64,000 nt of DNA, taken from NCBI RefSeq assembly GCF_016433145.1, contig NC_058131.1, positions 506,666,698 through 506,730,697 on the forward strand, in the 5' to 3' direction. The translations under genes were made by a program, and so were the position numbers. Below, piece by piece: positions 1 to 13,760 of this stretch; the first letter of the stretch is position 1, and each line of letters starts with the position of its first letter. Origin of the DNA: Gracilinanus agilis (lineage: Eukaryota). The notes beneath the pieces were generated by a model. It saw only the letters and a list, made by a program, of their open reading frames with translations. It made no database searches and was not told where the DNA came from.

Positions 1-703
1 ACTCTAAACGGTTATGAAATGTCATTAATACCAAATCTGTATGGCAGAAAGGTGAATCTTCCTTAGAGTTTCCCCTTCCTTTTATTCACTTCTTTAGCAT
101 ACTAATAAATCTTTCTTTTCAGCCTGACCTCCTATCTTTGACCCCAAGTCATTTGACCCCTGGTGACTGATAGGGTTTTCCAAAGAAGTCAAGAGAGCAC
201 CTATCATCCAATGCTGCCTTTCAACACATAGGTGTTTAATAACTGTTTTTAAAACAAGTTAATGTTTTCAGGTCTCTAAAGAAGTTACCAAGTAATGCTG
301 AATATTAGAGTTGTTGGAGTTTGATTCTTATCCCTCTCCTACAGTCTAAGACTATGTGCTATCTAGATTTTGTATCTCCCTTTAGCACCTACAATGCTCT
401 GAACAAAATAAGTGCTAAATAATTTTTTTAATATTAAGAGAATGAACTAAATAAATTTAAATTCTGAGCACCTGGATCCAAATATTAGAGAGCCCTGATT
501 TATCCATTTTTCTAATGTGACGTATTGGCTATGTGTGAGTAAAAGTGACACAGGGAGGAAAGTAAAGAGAGTCTTGCACTTATGGAAGACCCAGAAATGC
601 TACCACCATTTGGACAACATTTACACTGCATTTTACCATAAAGGGTCTCCCTTTCCCAGGCTATAGCTCCTTTCTCCATGATCAACCAGCATCACTGACT
701 TAC

Positions 704-827
704 ATGAAGCCATAGTAAAGCTTGCTCCTGCACGGAAGAAGGATATCCCGTGAACCGGCAACTGATAAATCCAAACATCTCTTCCATTGAGAAAGGAAGA
801 GGGCAAAGCTCAATGTCAAACATTTTG
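704..827 (-). CDS. UNC79: UNC79 coding exon (124 nt): (S)KMFDIELCPLPFSMEEMFGFISCRFTGYPSSVQEQALLWLH
   Basis: tttcctttgtag|CAAAATGTTT...CTTCAT|gtaagt. Phase 2 to 0. Confidence 0.96.
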
Positions 828-1479
828 CTACAAAGGAAAAGAATGGAAATCAATAAGTATCAGGAATGTATTTTCAGATGTATTTCCAACTATCCTGTAC
901 TTTGTGGAGTCAAATTGCATACACTCCCCTCCCCACTACAACCATCTATCAGTCTAGTGTTCTACATGATTCAATCATGCCATTCCCCCGTGTACAAAGG
1001 AGACATATATACATACAGAGTCAGGATATCTGGGTTTAAATTTCAATCTGAAACATAGGTGTGTAACCAGTATCATGTCACTTCTCTAAGAATCAGTTTC
1101 CTCATCTCTATAATGGGTATAATAATATCCACTGTACTAGCCTCAAAGGATTATTTTGAGGCATACGTGAGATAATGTATATAAAACACTTTTCAAACTT
1201 TAAAACATTATATAAATGTGAATTATCATTTTTGTACAAGGACCCAAGAGATCTAGGATCTAGCTTTGGTCTCACACTTACTAGATGTGTCACTTCATTT
1301 ATCTGGGTCTTGGTTACCTCATTAATAAAATTAGAGAACTGAACTGGAGAGCTCCAATATCCTCCTAGCTCTAACTCAAATTCAAATCCTCATCAACTCT
1401 CATTTGAACTATTATAGTAAATACCTATAGATTCTTTTTTCCCAGGATCCCCTTTTCCAATATATCTTCCAAAAAGATC

Positions 1480-2010
1480 CCAAAATAATCTTCATAAGGC
1501 ACAACCTTATGTTACTTCCCTATTAAAATGCCCCTCATGACTCCCTATTTCAAGATAAATTACAAAACTCTTAAATCTGGTATTTAAAATTCTCTATAAA
1601 ATGCCTCTGACCTATCTCTTCAAATTTATTTTCCTACTGCTCCCCTTTGCATTCAATCACACTGCTTCCCAAATTCTATACTACATTGCATGACTCCATG
1701 CATTAGTGCTTATTGTCTAAAGGATATTTCTTTATTATGTCCATCTTCCAAAATCATATCATCTTTCAGAGTTCAACTCAAGTGCCATATCCTCTCTGAA
1801 GCTTTCCTCATCCTCCCATCTTTCTAGTGCTTTCTTCTTCTTCAAATTACCTCATATTATACTTATTTGAGTTCATATTATATCCATTCAATATACTATA
1901 AGTTCCTTGATGACAAGGATAGCCTCATTTTTGTCTTTGCATCAACTTATCTTAGCACAATATCTTCCATATAGCAAGAGCCTAATAAATATTTATCAAA
2001 TTAAATTTGC
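1480..2010 (+). mobile_element. L2 3' remnants
   Basis: L2-type tail ...cttagcacaat...atagcaagagcctaataaatattt. Confidence 0.6.
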
Positions 2011-2457
2011 ATTCTACATAGTATGTTCTAATATTACATGTTCTAACATTCTGTGTTCTAAGTTCCTTTCCAGTAACTGACACTTTATGAATTTACATAT
2101 ATTTAGAATGGCTCATTATATGAAATTTATTATTAACAAATGTATTAGCAGCTATTAGTTCTTGTTCCCATTCTTATTAAAGGCTAACAGAAAGGTTTAA
2201 TATCTAAGAAATTAAGACTGAAGCTACCTTATAGCATTTAACTTTTTTCACATTGCATCTATTCCATCAAATAAAAATTAGAATTATGCTTAAAAGGCAG
2301 TGAGCATAATGGAGGATATATTCATCGTTCAACATGAACAAAGTTGGTTTTTTTTTCTGAATTAATCACCAGATGGGGTTTCTTAAATAACACAACTCAT
2401 AGTACTAAAAACATCATTCCACGTTTAGCTAACATGTTTCTTGACACTTTTACCTAC

Positions 2458-2648
2458 CTTAATACTTCCCTGAATTCTTTTAGCTGGTTATCTGGGACTT
2501 CTGTTCTGATGGCTTCTAGCCACTCTGGCATGATGCATTCCCACACAGGCTGACTGATCACATTGTAGGGTATCAGGCAAAGAATGCGGTTGAGACCTTC
2601 CTTTAGCTGGGTCACAGTGCTGCAGGACTTGTCCCAGTACCCACCGAC
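2458..2648 (-). CDS. UNC79: UNC79 coding exon (191 nt): VGGYWDKSCSTVTQLKEGLNRILCLIPYNVISQPVWECIMPEWLEAIRTEVPDNQLKEFREVL(S)
   Basis: aaatccccttag|GTCGGTGGG...GTATTAAG|gtaggt. Hand translation. Phase 0 to 2. Confidence 0.96.
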
Positions 2649-3221
2649 CTAAGGGGATTTCCAATGCCAAAGGGAGAAAGAGCATAATATACTTGTGATT
2701 ATCATCTATAAGCATTTTCCCCTAAGAAGCTGAGCCCACTTCCAGGTCCAACATCTAGATATATTCAAGGCCTAAGCCAAAAAGCCTCCAAACTAGTACT
2801 TCCTCTGCAATACACCATACTCCTGGGTTGGGCTCCAAGTGTCCTATAAAGTAGGAGGATATTCTTTGTGTCTAGACCACTAATATTACAGCTAACAAGT
2901 CGCCACATGTGCATTTCCCTTATTTATTTGACCACAGACACAATGAGCTCTGAGCAAGGGAAGATGGCATACAAGAATGGTAGCTACAAAGCATTTCCCC
3001 CACTCTCCCACAAATTCATGCAATGTATATAGGAACAGTGGCACAAACTTAGAGCACAATGGCAGTTAGGCCCATGTGTAATGGATACATGCAGCCAAGG
3101 AAACTCCAGAACCTCAATGTCCTTTCTCTCCTCTTACAAGTCCTCACAATGCTCCCACTCTGGATACGAGGTCTCTGCTGATCAAGTTACTCAGCACCTC
3201 CTAGGATCTGTTCCTCTAAGC

Positions 3222-3412
3222 CAGTGGTTCCCAACTTTTTTGGCCTACTGCCCCCTTTCCAGAAAAAATATTACTTAGCCTCCTGGAAATTAATTTTTTT
3301 TAATTTTAATAGCAATTAATAGAAAAGATAAATGCACCTGCGGCCATCACCACCCTCCTGGATCGCTGCAGCACCCACCAGGGGGCTATAGCGCCCACTT
3401 TAGGAATTACTG
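3222..3412 (+). mobile_element. hAT MITE, same family as 58521-58703
   Basis: Same termini and arms. TSD ctctaagc / ctttaagg (6/8). Confidence 0.85.
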
Positions 3413-4849
3413 CTTTAAGGAATAAGACTATTGATTGCAAGGGCTGGTTCCCTCTTGAAATCATAGGGGTCTCTTTTCCAAGGTTCACATTCCTTAAAGT
3501 TCTTGCAGCCTATCTCAAGTGACTAAATGTTTCTCTATATCAATGTCTATCTAAACTGTGTGTTTCTGTTCCCACAACTAAGCCTCAAATGGTCTGAAAA
3601 TGACTAGAATTTCTGAGTAGGATTTCTGCTGAATGAGGAGCTCTGCTGCTAAACTTTAAAGCTGGTGGCACAGAGGCATGGGGTAGAGGGGAAGAAAATG
3701 CCCTCCTCCCTGCCAAAAGGTGAAAAACTGAGGGCTCTTTTCCCAACTGCTGGCTCCTGGCTTACTTAGCTCCCTCTGAGTGACTAGATTATGTCTTTTA
3801 AGGGTGACACACACAAGGTGTTCCCAATTATTGTTTGTCCTTCTGATTCACCCAAGGAATTTGTTCATACTTCATAATAGATTACTGACAAGATCTCATG
3901 TTTACAGTTATTTTAACATCTCCTTAGTAGCCCCAGTTAAGTCCTGGGCTTTCAAGGGCTCACTCCTTTATATTTACACTCTAGTTAAATATCTTCTGCT
4001 CCCAAAAAAGCAACTGGAGTGCATTCCAGCAGACCATGGAACACAGTTCACAAGCAATCCAGAACTTAGCATTCTTCTACAAGGATACATGTCCACCACA
4101 GAGCATTGGGATTAGGGATTACACTAACTTCCAAATTAATGATTATATAATTTTAATAAGCAAACATCATTTTACAAATTTCTTATGTTACCCCTTGGCT
4201 TGGTACTTGCAAAGGCACCCAAGTAGAAGACAAAAAAGAAAAAGAAAAAGATCTGTCTTCCTCCTCAGAGGGAAGCCTATTTCACAGAAAACTTTGAAAA
4301 TGTAAAGTCACCTCCCCAGAAGCATTAGATCTACTGTCACTTGGCCTTCACATAAGAAATCATACTGCTTTGTCTTTGTTCTTAGATAATAACACAGAAC
4401 TTCCTAAGGAAGCTTTGGGGGTGGGGAATTTGTCTTCCTCCTCTCCCACAAAAAGATCCTCTTTGCTCTAGATCCACATCTTCAGCCTAGATTCAGTATT
4501 TGGAATTAAAACAGAGAGCACACCCAATCTCTTCATAGTCTTTTGCAACACATCAGGAATCCAATTAGAATGTAAACTTAGCCCTCACTAGAGCAAGTAA
4601 ATTAAAGAAAATAAATTTTAAAAACCCCAAAGAGTGAGGGGTTCCCAAAAAAAGAAATTAAAAACTTGGAAATGAAGACTCAGGAATTTTATGCCAACAA
4701 GCTAAGAACTGCAATCCATAAGGATCTAAGAGAATTCATCTGAACTTATTTCATAACAATAATAATAAAAAACTAATTTGTAATTACATTTTAAGGTTTA
4801 TAAAGTATTATGTATATATACAAATATGTATATATATGTACATATATAA

Positions 4850-5045
4850 TTTCATTTTAGCTTCACAATAACCTTAAGAGATAGGTGCTATCATTATCCT
4901 GATTTTACAAATGAAGAAACTGAAGCTGATAGAGGTTAAGTGACTTCTCTAGGGTTACATACCTAGTAAAGTGTCTGAGGCAGGATCTGAACTCAAGTCT
5001 TCCTAACCCCAAGTTCAGAGCTCTATCCATTGTGCCACCTAGCAA
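4850..5045 (-). mobile_element. MIR/CORE SINE (representative; further copies near 1.05, 7.1, 12.4, 14.4, 17.4-17.7, 18.6, 21.8, 23.0, 50.45, 52.6, 53.3, 61.9, 63.3 and 63.85 kb)
   Basis: CORE consensus ttttacaaatgaagaaactgaagct...gaggttaagtgactt. Confidence 0.75.
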
Positions 5046-5369
5046 TAGTTGCAATCTAAGGCAAGCAGTAAAAATCTGGTCAAAAGTTAGTTTTTCTTGT
5101 AAATGAATGTAAATTTCTGGTGTTCTCTAAGAAAATTGCTAACCACCTGAATTCTAGTGTTTATCCATAGTGTTTATAAGTTGCCATACTCACAGTACCA
5201 CACAGCAATGCAATACATACCAGGGCATAAACATTAAACCATTAAAAAGCTGTATCAAAACAACTGGTCTGATATGAAAAAAAAATACACCAAAAACTGA
5301 TTGTCTAATTGAAGTTCAAAAGATAAGAAGAAAAACTATTCATTTTTCTCTTGTCCATCAATCAAGGAA

Positions 5370-6190
5370 AGTCTCAAATGGAGAATCACTTCCATTGAGT
5401 TCCCGCCAAGGTATAGAAGACCCAAATATTTCCCTGATGAAGCCTAGTATAACATCCCCTCTAGACTACTCCCCCAGTTAACACTCACACTTGTGGGTTG
5501 AGTCCCCAGAGTGTGGCTGCTGCCTTGGAATTTAAGGATCAGGCCCTTAACACTATGGATCATCAGCTTCCACCAGTGTGTTTTTCCTTAACAATCAGCC
5601 AGTAGATACAACTAGCTCTTAGTAAAAGCATTGACTAAGACAGTAAAGTAATTACAGGAACTACCAAACATTTCCCCCATAAATCAGTGGCACATTCTAC
5701 CACCCAGAGAAGAATGGGCACAAACTCAAGAGTAGTGAGGAATACATATAGAGAACACATGTAGCCAAGGCAAATCTCAACTCTAAAACCATAGGAACTT
5801 GATGTGCTTTCTCCCCCTCCAAAGTTCTCATAAAGCTCCCCTTTGGACACAGTGTTTCTGATGGTTTGAATGCTCATCTAAGCTCCCAGGAACTTCTCTT
5901 TTATGTAGCTCAGCTATCAACTGTCTCTCTTATGAATCCACAGATGTCTCTCTTTTTTGCTGCCAAAGTTCACCTCCTTGAAGCTGCTTCTATCCTCAAA
6001 TGACTGCCCCTCTGTATCTGTTTCTGTCTGAAGTGTGTCTGCTCCATCAGTTGGTCCTTGAACTCTCTCAAACTGACTCTCGAAATACTAGATGAGGTGT
6101 CTCCTCTGGCTGAGTTGCTCAGCTGCTAGATGCCATGGTCAACGGCCAGAGGGGAGAGGAGAAAAAAATCCCCTTTGAGGAAGGCAGAAT
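5370..6190 (-). mobile_element. Possible old LTR-like remnant
   Basis: Compositional resemblance to mammalian LTRs only; ends and TSD not resolved. Confidence 0.3.
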
Positions 6191-7559
6191 ATTTTAGTTT
6201 AAAATTAATAAGTGATTGTTTAGCCAATAGAATTAATTGACTATTTTGATACTGTTTAGATATCATAGCTAAAAATTGAATGTTGAATAGCTGTTTATTG
6301 CACGTAGCAGAAAGAAAAATTATGAATTTAAGATTCACTTTTAACTCTAGAAACTAGGCTTATAAGTGATTATTTAGTGTCATGTAGACTGAATCCCTAA
6401 ACTAGACCCTCCTCTCCAAAAAGTGAAGAATTGGAGATTCTACCCCAATCTGTTGCTCCTACCTAAACAGCCTCTGATTTGATCTTGTCTTTTAAGAGAC
6501 ACATGAGTCTGTTCTCAATTACTGTTTGTCTGAAGACACTGCCTCCTTCTGACTCACTCATGGGACTTGTTCACACCAAACCTGTCCTTTTTAATAGTCC
6601 CTTTTTTGTGATAAGGTCCTAGGAAAAATTTATAAGTATCATCCAACTTCAAGATCTATTTAAGCTGTAAAAAGGAAAATGTAACTTACATTAATAGCTA
6701 TGTGAACAGGCAGAAGCATAACAGCATTTGAGGTTCTTAATTATATCTCATATTCTTTGGCCAATTTAGGTTTGGAAAGCATTTTTCTCTCAAAAGCCCT
6801 ATGAATTAAACAACATAAAATTTATTTCCCTTACTTTATAGATGAGAAATTGGATTTTTATACAAGTTAAATGACTAGCTAAAGGTCACACAGCTAACAA
6901 TCACAACAAATAATTTAAGCATCTACAACATGCAAGGCACCTTATTAGACAATGGGAATATTAAGAAAAAAATTCTTTCCCTCAAGGTTTATAGTTCTGT
7001 TAGCATAAATATGAGTCAGAAAATGAACTCAGATCCATTGCTCTTACAACTACATGATGCTCTCCATTTGTTCCATCTCTATTTTAATATAAAAAATGGA
7101 CAATGGAAACAACTCTGGAGTGGAAGCTCAGGAGAAATGAGTCTTATTCCTAGCTCTGTCACTTATCAACTATATAGTACTGGGCAAATTATTTCCCCTC
7201 TCTGGATCTCAGTTTCTGTATCTGTAAAGTCAGATAACTGAATCAAATTCCTCTAAGTTTCCCTTAATACTCTCTGAACTTATTTTCCAATGTAATCAGG
7301 CAACATTTATTGAGCATCTACTATGTGCCAGGTACTGCACTAAACACTGGAATTCTCACATGAATACATAAAAATAATCCCTAAAGATTTTAGACATGCC
7401 AGAAAGAACATACTATTATATTTTTATGACCTATATTCATATAAACATTTATTTATAAGCCCTCATATAAGAAATGTTATTAGTGGTTTAGCATATATAG
7501 ATTTTTAGATAATGAAGCTTTCTCTATTTGAAGTATGCAAAGAAATAGTTGGTGTTTTC

Positions 7560-8010
7560 TACATGGTCACTCACAAAATTAGCAGGGCTATCAAATTATG
7601 GTATTTGAATGTAATGGAATATCATTAGATGATGAATAGGAAGAATTAGAGAAGTTGTATAGAATGAAGTAAGCAGAAATATACAAACATATACACATTG
7701 ATTACAAAGCAAATGAAAAGGAAAAAACTCATCATTGTATAATTATAATGAGCAAGCTTATTCCAGAAGAAGAGTTGAGAAAAGAAATGAGATTTCCTTT
7801 TCTTTGCACAGGTAGGAGACTACAAGTATTGGATATTGTATATGCTGTTGGGCTCAAGTGATTAATTTATTAATTTTATTAAACTGTTTTTCTTCTTTTT
7901 TTATTCTTTGAGACAAGGAATGGCTTACAGGATAGAAGAGAAAGGAGGATGTTTATGAGTGAAAATAATATGGAAACAAAAGATAACAACAAAGATTTTT
8001 AACAAAATTT
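7560..8010 (+). mobile_element. Old L1 3' fragment
   Basis: aaattatggtatttgaatgtaatggaata... ORF2-end/3'UTR similarity. Confidence 0.6.
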
Positions 8011-8319
8011 TAAAATGCAGAGTTTTTTCTAATACTACTTTAAGTTTGGTTCAGTTCCTGGATATAAAAAATGAGCCATATAGAGTACTTTTAAGCTAAA
8101 GATTAGACAATGCCTGGGAGAAACAAAAGAAAACAACTGACAAACTGAGTCAAGATTAAGTTTATTCTTTTATTGTTCACTTAAGCAAGGTTCTATTCTT
8201 TCATTATAAGTACCAGCACAGAAAGTATTGGCTGACCCTCAGTCCTTGATGTGAATTAAAACATGAAAAAAAATTAAATATTTAACATTTACTTTTAGGC
8301 CTCTGAGGAAGGTTTAATA

Positions 8320-8870
8320 CTTTAATTCAAAATGAACAAATATGGATGCCCACCAACTGGGAAATGGCTAAAGAAGTTGTGGTATATGATTGTGATGGAA
8401 TACCACTGTGCTATAAGAAATGATGAGCAGAATACATTCAGAAAAACCCATAAAGACTTATAAGAACTGATCCAAAGTGAAGTGAACAGAACCAGGAGAA
8501 CATTGTACATGGTAACAGTAATATTGTACAATGATCTGTGAATGACTTCACTATTCTCAGCAATTCTACAAAGATATAAAACAGCTCTGAAGGGTTATGA
8601 TGAAAAATGCTATTCACCACTAGGGAAAGAACTAACAGAGCCTTAATGCAGATCTGCAGATCGAAGTACGCTATTTTTTACTTTATTTTTCCCATGGTTT
8701 TTCTTCTTTGTTTTCTTTCACCACACAACTAACATGGAAATGTTTTTCATGACAGCAAATGTAGAATTTATATCAAATGATCTGAATTCTCAGCAGGGAG
8801 CAAAAGAGAATTTGGAACTCAAAAATTTTTAAGCAAATGATAAAAACTGTTTTGATATTTAAGGGGAAAA
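8320..8870 (+). mobile_element. L1 ORF2-end/3'UTR fragment
   Basis: gggaaatggctaaagaagttgtggtatatg...gtgaagtgaacagaaccaggagaac. Confidence 0.75.
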
Positions 8871-9559
8871 ATAATCAGTCTTTACACTGTAAGTAAATCT
8901 AATTAGTTGGCTATGATGACTTTTGGCGGGGGATATCATGGCTAAATACTGAATGTTGGATGTTTATTGCCTATGGCAGTTAGAAAAAATAGTGAATTTG
9001 TTATAATTAGGATCCACCTTTTTCTCTAAAAATGAGACATCAAAATTATTATTTGGTATCAAATAGATTAAATGCCTGGATTTTCAGTGCAGTGATAGAA
9101 CTTTGGAGCATCTTATACATATTGTCACAGATTAGCAAAGCTCACAATAATGATAGTAGTGTTTTTCACACAATCCCTTGAGAAATTAGGATGAAATTAT
9201 AGCCTAGGTTCTTCTTGGCCATCTACCCACTTCCAGCTTATCATTCTAGGACAGAACACATCAAACCTTCGCCAGGGAAGCTTTCCTGAAGGAACAATAA
9301 ATAAAAAGCATATGAGCATGGTTCATTTTTAAGAAATACTAGGAAGATTTCAGTTATATTAAATTTCATCTTTTATATAGATACTACTTAAGAATGAAAC
9401 TAGAATGATAATGAGAAGACATAAATAGAAAATATCTGTAAAGAACTATAAATTAAGCACTTTTCTCCATCATTGATAGTGGAACCACTATATTTGTACT
9501 CTAACATCATAGTCTCCATTTCATGAGTATTTGGATAGAAATATCTCTAAAGAAAAAGA

Positions 9560-10060
9560 GAATGAGAAGTACAGCTAGACAAGATTACATACACACACAG
9601 AAGAGGTCCACACAAGAAGTGGCATCAATTGGGAAGCATTTGGTTACAATCTCAAGATAAATAAAATAAGTAAAGACATCAAACATTTGAATAAAAAAAA
9701 TCTCAGACCTCATTATTACTCCCCAAAAAAAGTTGACAGAGACCATAAGTAACTTAAGATCCATGTGCTCACTTTCTCATCTCTACAAAATCTTGTGAGA
9801 ATAATCTACAAACACATAGAGGGCATCTTTGATCGAGGTATGACAAGAGAACAGGCATACATTTTTCAAGCAATATTTTATAGCAGTCAATATCTTTACA
9901 ATTTTACAAACTGACTGAAAAACATATACCATTTTTGCTTTTTGCTTGACTACCAAAAAAAAGTATTTAATTCCATGGAGCAAAATAGCATTTTAAAAGC
10001 TGTCATCTTTTCAAACACTTTAGAGACTTAGATGAGTTTTCATGGAAAAAAAAGTCAGAT
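9560..10060 (+). mobile_element. Ancient RTE-clade LINE RT remnant
   Basis: Degenerate RT-domain translation resembling LLSHLYKI...EGI.D...REQA.F...DY.K.F.S. Confidence 0.6.
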
Positions 10061-11479
10061 AATCTGTTAATACATAGGCAATAGGCCTTTAGCAAGGAAC
10101 ATTTTAACTCATACAAAAGAAACCTAAAGGTTTGAAGGAAGACACCAAGAAACAAAAGTATAAAAGTGAACAAGAGAAAGGGAAGAGGGTTTCATGGCAA
10201 AGGATGCCAAAAGACCTCAGAGACACCAGAAAGGAAAGGATATAACTAGAAATAAGTCACTAGGTACTTCTGTCATCTCTTTGGTACTATGTTCTTTATA
10301 GGCTAAGATTTGTAAAAAGGACAGAGGCCATCAAGGGTCTTTCAGAGGGTCAGCACTCAGCTTTGAAACAGATTCCATGAAACTGATAGACAAGCCAAGG
10401 ATGTTATAGAGAGAAAACAAGTTCTCTCGCAGATCTGCTTGGTTAGTTTCCTATCTTTGATGTCACAGGCATGAAAAACTAGGATTTAGCCAGAGAAGCC
10501 CTGGATATACAAGGAAGAAGCACAGAAGTTTCCAGAATGGAATTTGGAAGTTTCCCAAAAAGGACAGGGTAGAAGTATTAGGTAAGAAATGGAGGCAAGG
10601 TAAGAACTGCCTTATGAAACCTGAAAGAAATCCAAAAATCAGATTGTTTTATTATTATCATAGACTGTCCTCCAAAATGTCTCTTCTATGCATATTTTTA
10701 ATTGTATGAGATTCTTTGAAAAATATAAAGATCAAAAGGTTGAAAAATATAAGAGGTAATTATGTTTAATCTCTAAAACAGAAAGGCATATACTTGCCAA
10801 ATGAATTTACTACTTACATAGAGTATATGCAACAGACAGTTAAAATAGAAGAGAGAGTTTCTATAAATGGTGAATCAATCTTAGTTTCGTTTAGTGATTT
10901 TCCCAAGTTTTTTAGATTGGTTTGCATAAGCCAAAAGGAAATTTTTCGAAATGGACCTTTGGGCCATGAGAATCTCTAATCAACAGGCACAACAGTTAAT
11001 GTACTGAATCTTTTTTTAAAAACCCATCTTAGAAACAAGGGCTAGACAACTGGAGTGGGGGGGAGAAGGTTACACTCATAGAGCAGGGAGGTGTCAGAGG
11101 CCAGATTTGAATCCAGGACCTCCCAACTCTAGACCTGGCTCTCAATTCACTGAACCTCCTAGCTGCTCCCTAATGTAGTGAGTCTTGAAAATAAAATAGG
11201 AACTAATTCCTTTTGCTTCATACAGATGGTATATCTTCTGTTTTATTATTAAAGTGCCTTCTTTTACCCTACTTTTCAGCCTATACGTTGACTCAAATAC
11301 TTACAAAGGTGAGATGTAAATATTTAAAATTTCAATGGAGCTATGATCTCAAAGACATTGGTGTTCCCTTCTCGCCAAGACAAATTACAAATTATTTACA
11401 TGTTCTGATCCTATGTAATTCCTGCTCAAGTCATTCTACAAATCCCCTATGAGGAATCTCTCCAGTACACAATGCTATT

Positions 11480-12060
11480 CTCTATTTCTTTCAATATTTC
11501 TTGGATATTGACAACACAACACTCAAGCTGTCCATCCCTCACACTCACTACACACATGACTTTCCACTGTCTTTTCTAGTCACACACATCTTTGTTGATA
11601 CCTTTTGCACATAATCTTTGTTGGTAATACACTGCAGTTCATTTACTAGTGCCATGTATCTTTCCATTGCCTTTAGGTCCACCTATAGTTTTGAGTCTTC
11701 TGATATGGCAGTGTTCCACGATTTATAGCCACATAACCTCATCAGAATACTAATACTAAAAATATTGGCCTTTACAGGACAAAGTAATTTGAGATTTCAC
11801 AAATGTGATCCAAATCACTCTCCTCCTATCTACTTCTGGGGCCAGCATTGTTCATCAATAGCAATTCTCCCAACACTAATTTATTAATTCAATCTGTTTC
11901 CCATCCAATCACACATTCTAATGGGGGTAATATATTCTTCAGTCACTTAGTTATTCCTTTTGAGATAATAGAACTTTCCTTCAGAAGCTCTAGGTATCAT
12001 GTTCTATAGCATTCTGAGGCTACAAGTAATCCACATTTTTTTCTCTTTCCGCCCACAACA
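11480..12060 (-). mobile_element. Ancient RTE-clade LINE 3' remnant
   Basis: Reverse translation resembles MLYGCESW...AMERYM. A related segment lies on + at about 34230-34740. Confidence 0.5.
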
Positions 12061-12539
12061 GAAAATTAAAATATCTTTTAAATAAGTGAAGCAAGAACTG
12101 GAGTAGGGCTAAGTCAACTTAGATTCAATTTAAGAAAAGAAGAGTAATAGTTGATTAATAGTTTATATGAGGGCTATGAGGTAAGCTCAGAAGGTAGTAG
12201 GTAATTAATGACATGGGAAAACTTACTAGCTAAAAAAGAAAGGACAGGAAGGTATAAGGATTGTGGGGAGGAGAACAAATTACACTTATTGGGGAAAGGG
12301 AATAAGATTTCACTGAAAAGAAATTATAAGAGAGGAGAGGTTCTTGATACATATACTAGAATATACCTGGTCATATGAGAGATCATGGGTTATAAACGTA
12401 GAGAGTTGTCAATATATTTGGCCTAGAGCTTGAAGGGCTCTTGGGGGTCACCTAGTCCAAAGCTCTCATTTTGCAGCTGAGGAAACTGAGGCCCTGAGAA
12501 GTTAATTGGCTTGCCCAAAGATGCTCTGGTAAGAAGCAC

Positions 12540-13760
12540 TTGCTGTGGAGAAGATAAAAGGGATTGTATCAACTGAATTAGAAATCTGAAAATGTAGAGC
12601 ATATTGTGAACATAAGAAAGCTACTACTTGACCAGTAGAACCAGGGCAAAGGTCATCAGAAAGGAGGCATTTATTGGTGAAAACAGTAAAAGGTACAAAC
12701 AGGCTAAGGAAGCATTTTTATTTAATAATAATAATAAGCTGTTTGAGTCAGAACTTTAAAAAATCCCAACATACTAAATTGACTAATGAAATTTAACAAG
12801 CTAAGTAACTGAATGATTGACTACAAGCTTAATATGAGTAAACATTTTGATACAGCTGCAAAAAAGTGAAAAAAAAAACTTTGGCTGCATAAGAAAGGCA
12901 TTATTATATAGGAAGGACAAAGGTGGAGGTTTAACTGCACTCTACCCCAGTTAAACTACATCTGGAGTACTTTGTTTAATGCTAGGTACTATAATAAAAG
13001 GACATTGAGAAACTAGATGGAGTCCAGAGCAGGCCAACCAGGAAAGTATCTAAAGAACATAACACATACAGAATGGGGTTATTTGTCCCAGAGATAAATT
13101 AGGAGGAAATTTGCAGACTGTTTTGAAATATCACATGGGAGAGGGATTTGACTCATTCGGCTTGGCCTAAAAGGGCAGAACTAGCAGCAGTAGGGAGTTC
13201 CCCTGTACTCAGTAGTTTTGCCCCACCCCATCTCCTATTTTGGCCTCGATGACAACTGAGGACCCTTTCACCTCTAATCTTTTCTGACCATCTTCAGTTT
13301 GGGGAACCAAATTTTCAAAGGATCATTGGCAAGCATATCCAGAACAGGGAGAGCAAAATTGTGAAGGGCTAAAATCACATTATATAATAAAGGTTGAAGA
13401 ATTGGTAATGTTTGCCCTAGAAAAGACAAAATTTATGAAGGACATGACTATAGTTTTCATGTATTCAGAAGGTTTTTATGTGGAAGGGGGATTAAGTTTA
13501 TTTTGCTTAGCCCAAAGAGAATTATGATCACTTGGTAGAAATTAGGGGAAGGCAGATTCTAAAAGAACTTTCTAAAAAGAACTGTTAGAACAGCTTAATC
13601 TATAAGATTATAATTTCCCAATCAGAGGAAGTCTTCAAATGAATGCTTGAAAATAAATAGGGTAGAGATGTAATCAAGTATTTATACTTCAATTTGGATT
13701 CATTAACTTCTGAAGTTACATTTAACTTTAGGATTATTTGAATTTAAGAAAAATCCCTAG
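12540..13760 (+). mobile_element. CR1/L3 LINE 3' remnants (two or more pieces)
   Basis: CR1-typical segments such as aggacattgagaaactagatggagtccagagcaggccaacc and gaggaccctttcacctcta. Confidence 0.65.

Noticed and set aside
750-1058. 102-aa plus-strand ORF
   Set aside because: It is the antisense shadow of the UNC79 exon 704-827 plus intron, with no recognisable protein.
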